A DNA stretch of 64,000 nucleotides from an uncultured OCS116 cluster bacterium (lineage in GTDB: Bacteria > Pseudomonadota > Alphaproteobacteria > Rhizobiales > TMED25): positions 1,110 to 65,109 of the forward strand of contig CACMIP010000003.1 of the NCBI GenBank assembly GCA_902613795.1, read 5' to 3'. Both the position numbers and the translations under genes were made by a program. The first letter of the stretch is position 1; every line of letters begins with the position of its first letter. Below are positions 9,745 through 18,878 of this stretch, one piece after another. The notes under the pieces are model-generated. The model did not search any database. It had not been told where the DNA came from and saw only the letters and a program-made list of their open reading frames with translations.

Positions 9745-10944
9745 TTATTGAAAATATTCACTAATTTTGTTCACTAACTTTTCTGCTACGTCAACTTTTG
9801 GCATCCTCTGCCATGTCTCTGACCCTGATCTATCAAAAAAAACTATGCTATTATAGTCACCATTGAAAACTTCTTGATCTTCTGAGACATCATTTGCTAG
9901 AAGCCAATCTAAATCATTTTTTGAGAGCTTTTCTTTTGCATTTTCGTGGATATTCTCTGTTTCGGCAGCAAATCCAATGGATAATTTTGGTTTGAGGCTA
10001 TTATTTTTCACAACACTCTGAATAACACTAACATTTTCAATAAGCTCTAGGCTCCTATCATATCCATTTTTTTTAATTTTGTGTTCTTTATATTCTTTGA
10101 TCTTCCAGTCAACGACAGCAGCCGCGAAAATACCAATATCCGCAGGAGAGCAGCTTTTTACGACATCTAACATCTCCATTGCAGTTTTAACTTTAATCAA
10201 CTCGACACCTTCTGGGGCATCCTCAAATGAGGGACCGCTGATTAATGTTGTGTTGGCTCCGTACTTCGTAAGCGCAGAAGCTATTGCATATCCCTGTTTT
10301 CCAGAAGAATTATTTGATATATATCTTACAGGATCAATTGGCTCGATAGTCGGACCGGCTGTTACAAAAGCTTTTCTATTCTTGAGTTTATCTTTTTTTG
10401 AAAAATACTCATTAATATAGTGAACAATCGACCCTGGCTCCTCCATTCTACCCATTCCATTTTCCCCACAAGCAGTTTCACCAATTTCAGGCCCACAAAA
10501 GCGGTAGCCAAACTTTTTTATGCTCATTAGGTTTTTTTGCGTTGCTGGATTATTCCACATTTGCGGATTCATAGCGGGAACTATAATTATTGGTTTGTTT
10601 GATGCGAGCAGTGTAGCTGTGGCCAGTTCATCTGCCATCCCATGTGCCAGACGTGATATCAAATTGGCAGTTGCAGGCGCGACAACTATTATGTCAGCAT
10701 TTCTCGACAGGTTTATATGACCCATTTTAAGTTCACTCTTGAGATCGAATAAATCTGTATGAACTTCCCGCTCTGCAAGTTGTGATACACTTAATTCAGT
10801 TACAAACTTCCTACCAGAACTTGTGAGTATAACTTCTAATTCTGACCCATACTTTTTTAGGGATCTTATCAATTCAAGACTCTTATAAGCGGCGATGCCA
10901 CCACCGATTATCAGAAGTATTTTTTTGTTTTTTAGTTCTTTCAT
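9745..10944 (-). CDS. coaBC: bifunctional phosphopantothenoylcysteine decarboxylase / phosphopantothenate-cysteine ligase
   Basis: 399 aa. The N-terminal flavoprotein half has LIIGGGIAAYKS and the C-terminal CoaB half has ISNNSSGKQGYAIA. Confidence 0.93.
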   Translation of the reverse strand: MKELKNKKILLIIGGGIAAYKSLELIRSLKKYGSELEVILTSSGRKFVTELSVSQLAEREVHTDLFDLKSELKMGHINLSRNADIIVVAPATANLISRLAHGMADELATATLLASNKPIIIVPAMNPQMWNNPATQKNLMSIKKFGYRFCGPEIGETACGENGMGRMEEPGSIVHYINEYFSKKDKLKNRKAFVTAGPTIEPIDPVRYISNNSSGKQGYAIASALTKYGANTTLISGPSFEDAPEGVELIKVKTAMEMLDVVKSCSPADIGIFAAAVVDWKIKEYKEHKIKKNGYDRSLELIENVSVIQSVVKNNSLKPKLSIGFAAETENIHENAKEKLSKNDLDWLLANDVSEDQEVFNGDYNSIVFFDRSGSETWQRMPKVDVAEKLVNKISEYFQ

Positions 10945-10949
10945 TTATT

Positions 10950-12461
10950 TCATCCAGTGATCAAAATTACCAGTGAGATCAAAGCTACAATTGTTATAAT
11001 CCAAAAACTATTTCTCTTAAAGTAATTTTGACTCTTTCTGCTTCTAGATTGGCTTTCTTCAAGAAACCTGTTAAAAGTCTCGTTCGTTTTCCTAGCATCA
11101 CTTAAAAAGCTGGGGAGCTCGCTTATAGCAACACCAAACCTTGATAAACCCTCAATCCCCTGCTTTATTTTCGTATCGGGTGATATTTTATCTTCCATCC
11201 ATTTTTTCACAATGGGCTCAGCAATATCCCACATATTTAGCTCGGGATCCAAATCCCTGGCAACGCCCTCTGTAACTACCATTGTTTTTTGTAGCAGTAA
11301 AAGCTCTGGTCTTGTTTCCATATTAAATTGTTCGGTAACTTCAAATAATTGAGTTAATACATTTGCCATGGAAATATCATTTGCATTCTTCCCAGATAAT
11401 GGCTCACCAATCGCTCTCAGTGCTTGGCTGAATTCGTCAAGCTTTTGATCATCAGGAACATACCCAGCCTCGAAGTGGACCTCTGCTGCTCTTTTGTAGT
11501 TTTTTGTGATAAGGCCCCACAAAATCTCGGCTAAAAAATTTTGTTCCTTTTCACCTAATCTTCCCATTATACCAAAATCTAATATGACGAGCTTACCCGC
11601 TTCATTAATCAAGAGATTCCCCTGATGCATATCTGCATGGAAAAATCCATTTCTTAAAGCTTGAGTTAGAAATGACTGAATTATAATTCTTGCCAAATCT
11701 TTTAGATCATATTTTTTTTCAATTAATTTTTCCCTATCTCTGACTGATATTCCATCTACCCATTCAATAGTAAGTATTTTTTTTGTAGTTTTCTCCCAAA
11801 ATATTCTAGGAACAATATACTCATCACTTTCATTCATGTTTGTATTTATCTCAGAGATTGCGGCGGCTTCATACCTCAGATCCATCTCCATTTGAACCGA
11901 TCTCTGCATTGTTTGTATTGACTCTCTAAATCTCAGTCTTTTAAGATCCGAATTAAAACTTTCCATAAAGTCAGCTAGAAAATAAAAGAAGTCGAAATCC
12001 TTATTGAAATTTTCCTCAATATTCGGTCTCACGATTTTCACAGCAACCTTTTGGTTATCTGATAATTTTCCTGTGTGGACTTGAGCTATTGATGCCGCCG
12101 CTATTGGTGCATCAAATTCAGCAAAGACATTTTGGATATTTGTATTAAACTCCGACTCAATGATCTCTTCTGAAATTTTTTTATCAAACTTTGGAAGATC
12201 GTCCTGAAGATTTGCTAATTCCTTCGCAAATTTTGAACCAATTATATCTGGTCTTGTAGCAAGAAATTGTCCAAGTTTAATATAGGCTGGCCCCAAGCTT
12301 TCAAGTGTACTACTGAATGTTTTTTTCTTTTTTTTGTTATAATTCAGTAATTTATTAAGTAAACGCTTGTTATCCTTGGGAAGGAAATTATCTGGAATCT
12401 CACATCTCGAAAACAAATAACCAACTTTTATAATCTGAAATAGGTGAGTGAAATAACGCAT
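10950..12461 (-). CDS. ubiB: ubiquinone biosynthesis protein kinase-like UbiB (ABC1 family)
   Basis: ABC1 kinase-like motifs (AAASIAQVHTGKL..KVAVKIVRP, FFHADMHQGNLL, ILDFG) and a C-terminal TM helix. I moved the start to the internal Met (MRYFTHLFQIIKVGY), because the longer ORF overlaps ubiE. Confidence 0.88.
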   Translation of the reverse strand: MRYFTHLFQIIKVGYLFSRCEIPDNFLPKDNKRLLNKLLNYNKKKKKTFSSTLESLGPAYIKLGQFLATRPDIIGSKFAKELANLQDDLPKFDKKISEEIIESEFNTNIQNVFAEFDAPIAAASIAQVHTGKLSDNQKVAVKIVRPNIEENFNKDFDFFYFLADFMESFNSDLKRLRFRESIQTMQRSVQMEMDLRYEAAAISEINTNMNESDEYIVPRIFWEKTTKKILTIEWVDGISVRDREKLIEKKYDLKDLARIIIQSFLTQALRNGFFHADMHQGNLLINEAGKLVILDFGIMGRLGEKEQNFLAEILWGLITKNYKRAAEVHFEAGYVPDDQKLDEFSQALRAIGEPLSGKNANDISMANVLTQLFEVTEQFNMETRPELLLLQKTMVVTEGVARDLDPELNMWDIAEPIVKKWMEDKISPDTKIKQGIEGLSRFGVAISELPSFLSDARKTNETFNRFLEESQSRSRKSQNYFKRNSFWIITIVALISLVILITG

Positions 12462-12471
12462 AGTTCTTTTC

Positions 12472-13233
12472 TTACATTTTCCATCCTGAGTGGATGCATG
12501 CAATACCTCCAGATAGATTAATATATTTAGAATTAATAAATCCTGACTTTGCAAATAAGTCAGCTAACTCATCTTGCTTAGGAAATCGTTCGATACTCTC
12601 AACGAGGTATTGATATGATCTTCGATCTTTTACTATATAGCTACCAATCTCCGGAATTATATTTTTTGAGTAGAAGTCATAAAATTTTTTTAATAATGGA
12701 ACTTCTACATTGGAAAATTCTAAACACAGGAATTTTCCCCCACATTTTAGAACCCTATTTATTTCAAATAGAGCATTTTCTGGCGATGCAACGTTCCTTA
12801 TACCAAAAGCAATTGTTATGCAATCTATTGAGTTGCTTGCAAGTGGTATATTTTCTGCGTCTGAAACTATAAAATCTATGCTTTTCTTGTGTTCAAAGTA
12901 TTCCTTTCTTTTTGTTGCCTGCTCAAGCATCTTTTCATTAATATCCATCATTAATACATTAATATTTTTTAATTTTTTATCTAATAACTTGTAACCTATA
13001 TCTCCTGTCCCACAAGCCAAGTCTAGGTAACGAAATTCCCTTCTTGAAGATATTATGTTTGAGATTGAATTAACTAGAATTTCCTTCCAGAGACGGTGCG
13101 CACCTAATGATAATATATCATTCATGATGTCGTATCTTTTTGCGACAGAGTCAAAGACTTCATTGACCTTTTTTACTTTATCTTTCTTTGATACCTCAGT
13201 ATCCCCAAAAAAGTATTTATTATTATTTGCCAT
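12472..13233 (-). CDS. ubiE: demethylmenaquinone/ubiquinone C-methyltransferase
   Basis: Class I SAM methyltransferase motif LDLACGTGDI, UbiE-like length, upstream of ubiB. Confidence 0.9.
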   Translation of the reverse strand: MANNNKYFFGDTEVSKKDKVKKVNEVFDSVAKRYDIMNDILSLGAHRLWKEILVNSISNIISSRREFRYLDLACGTGDIGYKLLDKKLKNINVLMMDINEKMLEQATKRKEYFEHKKSIDFIVSDAENIPLASNSIDCITIAFGIRNVASPENALFEINRVLKCGGKFLCLEFSNVEVPLLKKFYDFYSKNIIPEIGSYIVKDRRSYQYLVESIERFPKQDELADLFAKSGFINSKYINLSGGIACIHSGWKM

Positions 13234-13296
13234 ATCTATTATTTAGTGCTTTCTTTATAAATGTGAAATACTAAAAATATTTGATTATTTAATAAA

Positions 13297-14148
13297 ATGC
13301 CGGAATTACCTGAAGTGGAAATAATTAAAAATAATCTATCAGATTACTTAGCAGATAAAACTTTCCATTCAATAGAAGTCTTTACCAACAAACTCAGATA
13401 TAAAATACCACATAATTTTGCAGATAGTATAAAAAATCAACGAGTCACTAATATAAGCAGAATTGCAAAGTATATTATTGTTGGCCTTGAGAATGATTAT
13501 TCTCTACTAATTCACTTAGGTATGACCGGCAATTTTTTAATAAACGCTCAAAAAATGGGTCATAACGATAATAAGCATGTGCGATTGAGGTTTAAAATGT
13601 CTGATCAATCAGAAATTGACTACGTTGATATAAGGAAGTTTGGATTTTTTAAACTAATAAACCCGCAGAAAGCTGAAATTAAAAAACTTAAAGAAAAATT
13701 AGGTCCTGACGCCTTAAGTGATGAATTTGATACAAAATATTTGCAAGAATCCCTCAAAAATAGGGTCACCAACATTAAAAGCGCATTATTGAATCAAAAG
13801 ATCGTGGGTGGTATAGGAAATATCTATGCATCGGAAGCATTATTTAGAGCAAAAATACCACCAATGATGGAATCAAGAAAAGTAGTAAAAAACAAAACAA
13901 AGACAGGTGATCTAATTTCTTCCATTAAATTTATATTGCATGACGCAATTAAAGTTGGTGGATCAACGATAAGGGACCATAAAAACTTGAAAGGTGAGAG
14001 TGGCTATTTCCAATATAAGTTTAATGTATATAATAGAGAAAATATGATATGCAATAGCCAAAATTGTAACGCAAAAATAAAAAAAATAGTTCAGACCGGC
14101 AGATCAACTTTTTACTGCGAGAAATGCCAAAAAATGAGAAATAGATGA
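13297..14148 (+). CDS. mutM: formamidopyrimidine-DNA glycosylase
   Basis: N-terminal MPELPEVE (catalytic Pro2). C-terminal zinc finger CNSQNC...x16...CEKC. Confidence 0.93.
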   Translation: MPELPEVEIIKNNLSDYLADKTFHSIEVFTNKLRYKIPHNFADSIKNQRVTNISRIAKYIIVGLENDYSLLIHLGMTGNFLINAQKMGHNDNKHVRLRFKMSDQSEIDYVDIRKFGFFKLINPQKAEIKKLKEKLGPDALSDEFDTKYLQESLKNRVTNIKSALLNQKIVGGIGNIYASEALFRAKIPPMMESRKVVKNKTKTGDLISSIKFILHDAIKVGGSTIRDHKNLKGESGYFQYKFNVYNRENMICNSQNCNAKIKKIVQTGRSTFYCEKCQKMRNR

Positions 14149-14891
14149 AATATAAAAATATTTTAATTGAGAAATATAATGATTATGTGATGCACATAAT
14201 CCTTAACCGGAAAAATAAATATAACGCACTAAACTCTGAACTAACTGATGAGCTTATACATGTGCTAAAACAATGTGACCAATCAGAATTAATTAAGTGT
14301 ATCGTGATTTCTGGATCCGAAAACTTTTGCGCAGGCGCTGACATAACTGAACTTGCATCTAATCCAGACTTCATAAGGTCTTGGGAATTCATTGATACTG
14401 TCAAAAAACCTATAATTGCTGCAGTAGGTGGAATAGCTTTTGGTGGTGGCAATGAATTACTATTGATGTGTGATATAATTCTAGCATCAAAAGAGGCAGA
14501 ATTTGCACAACCTGAAATTTGCTTGGGACTTATTTGTGGAGGTGGAGGCACACAGCGGTTGCCAAAGAAGATTGGAAAAAGCATGGCGATGGAGATGTGT
14601 CTGACAGGTAGGTCTATTACAGCAGAGGAGGCTAAAGATATTGGCCTCATTAATCATACATACGACAATGGTGAGTTGGTAAAAAATGCACTCCAACTCG
14701 CTGATAGCATATCCTTAAACCCAATGGAGGCAATAATCTCAACAAAAAAATTAATTAAGGATAGTTATGGTAATCAGGCAGACGGACTAATTGCTGAAAA
14801 AAATGAATTCATGAGATTATTAAAAGGTGCCAACGGTATTGAAGGGATGAATGCCTTTCTGGAGAGAAGGAAACCTCAATTCAAAAATTAA
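14145..14891 (+). CDS. enoyl-CoA hydratase/isomerase (crotonase) family protein
   Basis: Crotonase fold (FCAGADITEL, AAVGGIAFGGGNELLLMCD). The start overlaps the mutM stop by 4 nt (ATGA). Confidence 0.85.
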   Translation: MKYKNILIEKYNDYVMHIILNRKNKYNALNSELTDELIHVLKQCDQSELIKCIVISGSENFCAGADITELASNPDFIRSWEFIDTVKKPIIAAVGGIAFGGGNELLLMCDIILASKEAEFAQPEICLGLICGGGGTQRLPKKIGKSMAMEMCLTGRSITAEEAKDIGLINHTYDNGELVKNALQLADSISLNPMEAIISTKKLIKDSYGNQADGLIAEKNEFMRLLKGANGIEGMNAFLERRKPQFKN

Positions 14892-14961
14892 TGCATTATT
14901 GAGTTGACTGAATATCATTCAATCTCTATATATTCACATAATAATCAAAAGGAATGTAAAG

Positions 14962-15222
14962 TTGGCAAATACAAAATCAGCAAAAAAAATGGTGCGCAAG
15001 ATCGAAAGACGCACTCTCATTAATAAGATGAGAAGAAGTATGGTACGCACCTTTGTCAAAAAAGCAGAAGCAAGTATTGAAGCTGGAGATAAGAAAAATG
15101 CTAAGGAAGCACTCCTGAATGCTGAAAAGCAACTCATGAGAGGTGCACAAAAAGGTGCCTTTAATAAAAAAATGGCTTCAAGAAAGATATCTCGGCTTAC
15201 AAAAAGACTAGTAAACTCATAA
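14962..15222 (+). CDS. rpsT: 30S ribosomal protein S20
   Basis: 86 aa, (M)ANTKSAKKMVRKIERRTLINK. The start codon is TTG at 14962-14964. Confidence 0.93.
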   Translation: MANTKSAKKMVRKIERRTLINKMRRSMVRTFVKKAEASIEAGDKKNAKEALLNAEKQLMRGAQKGAFNKKMASRKISRLTKRLVNS

Positions 15223-15369
15223 TAAATATCTAATTTCCAAATACCTATCAAGTAAAGCTGCAGATTGCTTTTTTGAAACATCCATTAAATATTTCAACTT
15301 TTTTTATGCTTTTAAATTATTATTCTATTTCAATAACTTATAGTTAAAGTGTCAAAGTGATAAAAAAAC

Positions 15370-15393
15370 GAATGGAATCCATTCAATTTTTTT
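15370..15393 (+). terminator. putative intrinsic terminator about 150 nt downstream of rpsT
   Basis: GAATGG-aat-CCATTC stem (15370-15384) followed by AA and T7 (15387-15393). It is preceded by an A7 run, so it could act in both directions. The stem is short and AT-containing. Confidence 0.4.
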
Positions 15394-15527
15394 AAAAAAA
15401 AATCGCGTAATTTAAGAAAAAATATCTAATTAAAACCACACAAATTGTAATTAAAATTTATTATTATTCTACAGTCAGTTGTCAGTATTTATAAATATTG
15501 TTTGGTAACTCTATTTTATAAAATTTA

Positions 15528-15549
15528 TATATTCAGTATACTGAATATA
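15528..15549. repeat. perfect 22-bp palindrome TATATTCAGTA|TACTGAATATA
   Basis: Read directly from the sequence. Symmetric about 15538/15539, about 115 nt upstream of the rhodanese/dnaA unit. Confidence 0.9.
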
Positions 15550-15663
15550 GAAAAATAGGCTTTCCAATAAATTTATATTTACCTATAGTATTCTTGATAT
15601 TTTTGATAAAATATCCGAGTGGGATAAGTAAAAACTCCGTTCAAAATAGGGATCAAGACTCAA

Positions 15664-16119
15664 ATGCAAATCGATACATATAATACAAAAACAGATTATG
15701 CAGGTGATATAGATCCAAAGACTGCTTGGTCTATACTTGAAAAATATGATGAGAGTCTCCTTGTTGATGTTCGAACCAAAGCTGAATTAAATTATGTAGG
15801 GTACCCAGACCTATCATCCCTTAAAAAAACGTTTGTCAACATTGAACAGCAGTTTTTTCCCAGCGGCAATTTAAATGAGAACTTCGTCGCTGAACTTGAA
15901 GATGTCATATTTGAAGACTCACCCGATAAAGCATGTCATATAGTGTTTTTGTGTCGTTCTGGCGTTAGAAGCGCAATGGCTGCAACGTTGATGGCACAAC
16001 ATGGATGGATCAATTGTTATAATATAGCTTCAGGGTTTGAAGGTGACCCCGACGAGTCTCATCATCGGGCCAATGTAAATGGATGGAAATTCGAGGGGTT
16101 ACCATGGATACAACAGTGA
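15664..16119 (+). CDS. single-domain rhodanese-like sulfurtransferase
   Basis: 151 aa with active-site loop FLCRSGVRS and C-terminal GFEGD...GWKFEGLPW. Confidence 0.85.
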   Translation: MQIDTYNTKTDYAGDIDPKTAWSILEKYDESLLVDVRTKAELNYVGYPDLSSLKKTFVNIEQQFFPSGNLNENFVAELEDVIFEDSPDKACHIVFLCRSGVRSAMAATLMAQHGWINCYNIASGFEGDPDESHHRANVNGWKFEGLPWIQQ

Positions 16120-17531
16120 ATAACCAGAATAAAAAAACCAACGTTGAGGAGAGCTGGAATAAGGTGAGCAATAAATTGCGTGTCCAAATAGGAGATGATC
16201 TATATAATAGTTGGTTCGCTAGAATGGAAGTTCATGGTATTGAAAATGGAACCCTAACATTGTCACTACCAACACTATTTTTGAAAAGCTGGATCAAGTC
16301 AAGATACTCTGAAAAACTAACCGAAATTTGGAAACAAGAAATTTCAGAAATTAATCACATTGAATTAAGAGTCCGAACTCATGGTGAAAAAATAATAAGT
16401 TCTGCAAATGATAATGAGAGCTCGCTACCTGGTTTGCAGAATGCGATAATACTTGATAATACAGATGAAAACTCCTTGATAAACACAAGTTCGCCTCTCG
16501 ATAGAAGATATACTTTTAGTAATTATGTAGTCGGTAGATCGAATGCACTCGCCCATGCAGCGTCAATGCGGGTTTCTCAGCCGCAAAAAAATATACCTGT
16601 GGAATTTAACCCATTATATATACATGGACCTGTTGGGACAGGAAAAACCCACTTACTGAATTCAATAGCATGGGAGTCTAAAGCAAGACATCCTGAGAGA
16701 AAAGTCTTATTCTTATCAGCTGTCAGGTTCATGAGCTCATTTGTGGAAGCAGTAAAATCAAAAGATACTATCAGTTTTAAGAAACTATTTGCAGATGTTG
16801 ATTTGCTTTTAATTGATGATATGCAGTTTCTTCAAGGTAAATCAGTACAACAAGAGTTTTGCCATATATTCAATGCACTTGATACCTCTAAAAATCAGAT
16901 TGTAATTGCTGGTGACTCAGCTCCTTCAAAACTTGAAATGTTAGACGATAGAATGAGATCAAGATTGTCAGGTGGATTGGTTGCACAAATAGGCCCAACT
17001 GATTTCGATATAAGACGGGGTATTCTTGAAAAAAAACTCGCTCAAACATTACGCGGCAACACACGCTTCGAAATATCATCATCTGTACTGGATTTTCTTG
17101 CGCGTAGGATTCAAAGCTCCGGTCGGGAGCTTGAGGGTGCGATGAATAGAATTATTGCCGCTCACAGTCTTAATAAGAGACCCATTACAGTTGAAGAGGC
17201 CGCCCTATCAATCCAAGACCTTATCAGCGAAGAACAAAATAGACAAATTATGATCGAAGATGTGCTTAGAACAATTAGTGGACATTTTAACGTCACAAAA
17301 CAGGATATACTATCATCCCGACGACATAAAACAATAGTTTACCCAAGACAAATTGGGATGTATTTAGCAAAAGTCCTTACTACTCGCTCTCTTCCTGAAA
17401 TTGGAAGAAAATTTGGAGGTAGAGATCACACAACAGTGCTTCACGCGGTAAGAAAAATTGAAAAACTTATAAAAAGTGATCCGAATATTAAAGAATCTAT
17501 TACAACACTTGAAAACTCCCTCAAAGAGTGA
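16104..17531 (+). CDS. dnaA: chromosomal replication initiator protein DnaA
   Basis: AAA+ Walker A GPVGTGKTHL, LLIDDMQFL, and C-terminal DNA-binding GRKFGGRDHTTVLHAVRKI. I chose the start at 16104 (MDTTVNN) because a GAGGGG Shine-Dalgarno-like element lies 5 nt upstream. The tracked ORF starts at 16083. Confidence 0.95.
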   Translation: MDTTVNNQNKKTNVEESWNKVSNKLRVQIGDDLYNSWFARMEVHGIENGTLTLSLPTLFLKSWIKSRYSEKLTEIWKQEISEINHIELRVRTHGEKIISSANDNESSLPGLQNAIILDNTDENSLINTSSPLDRRYTFSNYVVGRSNALAHAASMRVSQPQKNIPVEFNPLYIHGPVGTGKTHLLNSIAWESKARHPERKVLFLSAVRFMSSFVEAVKSKDTISFKKLFADVDLLLIDDMQFLQGKSVQQEFCHIFNALDTSKNQIVIAGDSAPSKLEMLDDRMRSRLSGGLVAQIGPTDFDIRRGILEKKLAQTLRGNTRFEISSSVLDFLARRIQSSGRELEGAMNRIIAAHSLNKRPITVEEAALSIQDLISEEQNRQIMIEDVLRTISGHFNVTKQDILSSRRHKTIVYPRQIGMYLAKVLTTRSLPEIGRKFGGRDHTTVLHAVRKIEKLIKSDPNIKESITTLENSLKE

Positions 17532-17630
17532 CTAATTAATATTTTCTGTCAATTATTGCAATAAATATTGGTATGTAGTCTGATATTTTTATATTCTTAT
17601 CATAATATTAGTAATTAATCGAAAACTCTG

Positions 17631-18758
17631 ATGGAAGCAATACTTCAAAAAAATCAGTTCCTGAAAGCACTAACTCATGTACAAAATGTTGTTGAAAGAA
17701 GGAACACAATACCGATACTTGCAAATATCCTAATTATTGCAGAAGGTGTTGGTCTGAAATTAATCGCGACAGATCTTGACATTGAACTAATTGAAGAAAT
17801 TGATGCAAAAATTGAAAAAGGTGGGAGCTTAACAGCTCCAGCACACCTCGTATATGATATAATCAGAAAATTACCGGACTCATCTGAAATAACTCTGTCA
17901 AAAGATGATAATCAAGACCATTTAACAATAAGATCAGGTAAATCAAACTTCAAGCTGCAAACACTTCCTCGAACAGACTTCCCAGAAATATCAGATACTG
18001 AATTTTCACATGGTTTCACAATTGTGAGCGGAGAATTGTACAGATTGATTGAGAAAACAAGATTTGCTATTTCAAATGAAGAAACACGGTACTATCTGAA
18101 TGGTATTTACTTTCATGAGTCAAAGCCAACAGATGAAGATAAATACTCAACCCTTAGGACTGTATCAACTGACGGCCATCGCCTAGCACAGGCAGAATTA
18201 ACTTTGCCCGAGGGAGCATTGGGTATGCCAGGGATCATTATCCCAAGAAAAACAATCGCTGAATTACAGAAGTTGACACTTGAAAATGATGGGGATGTCG
18301 AGGTTAAGATTTCCGAAAATAAATTAAAGTTTGTTTTTAATAGTATTGAAGTCACATCAAAAGTAATTGATGGAACATTTCCAGATTATCAGAGGGTAAT
18401 ACCATTCCAAAATGATAAAATAATGTCAGTGAAAACAAGTATACTTACCAATGCCGTAGATCGAGTGGCAACTTTATCAAGCGAACGAGGGAGAGCAATC
18501 AAACTATCTTTGAAAGATAACAGTCTTACCCTTTCAGTAACTAGCCCTGAAGCTGGAACTGCAATTGAAGAAATATCGGTAGATTTTAAGGGGGATGACT
18601 TTGAGATTGGTTTTAATTCAAAATATTTGTTAGATATTTTATCGCAATTAAGCGGTGACTCCGTAAAGCTTTTATTTTCTGAACCAAATTCACCTTGTTT
18701 AGTTCTGGACCCAAGTGATGAGGCGACCCTCTACGTCTTAATGCCAATGCGTGTATAG
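17631..18758 (+). CDS. dnaN: DNA polymerase III beta sliding clamp
   Basis: 375 aa, lies directly after dnaA, with the typical C-terminus ...LYVLMPMRV. Confidence 0.94.
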   Translation: MEAILQKNQFLKALTHVQNVVERRNTIPILANILIIAEGVGLKLIATDLDIELIEEIDAKIEKGGSLTAPAHLVYDIIRKLPDSSEITLSKDDNQDHLTIRSGKSNFKLQTLPRTDFPEISDTEFSHGFTIVSGELYRLIEKTRFAISNEETRYYLNGIYFHESKPTDEDKYSTLRTVSTDGHRLAQAELTLPEGALGMPGIIIPRKTIAELQKLTLENDGDVEVKISENKLKFVFNSIEVTSKVIDGTFPDYQRVIPFQNDKIMSVKTSILTNAVDRVATLSSERGRAIKLSLKDNSLTLSVTSPEAGTAIEEISVDFKGDDFEIGFNSKYLLDILSQLSGDSVKLLFSEPNSPCLVLDPSDEATLYVLMPMRV

Positions 18759-18786
18759 TTATTTAATAAAAAAAATTAGTAAATAT

Positions 18787-18814
18787 CTTGTAGGAATAAT
18801 TTTTAGCCTTATAT
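18787..18814 (+). promoter_or_regulatory. RpoH (sigma-32)-type heat-shock promoter candidate for dnaKJ
   Basis: CTTG (18787-18790), a 17-nt spacer, then CTTATAT (18808-18814). This fits the alphaproteobacterial heat-shock consensus as I recall it (CTTG-N17-18-CYTATNT). It lies about 65 nt upstream of the dnaK ATG. Confidence 0.5.
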
Positions 18815-18878
18815 AACATTTATAGGGATTATATTTTATTATATTCATTACTTTTTTAATAATTGAGGAGTATAAAAA

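Noticed and set aside
15223-15663. DnaA boxes expected in front of the dnaA transcription unit
   Set aside because: The best matches I could find were only 6/9 (AAAACCACA near 15433-15441, and TTATCCCAC on the minus strand near 15620-15628). These are not distinguishable from chance in AT-rich DNA.
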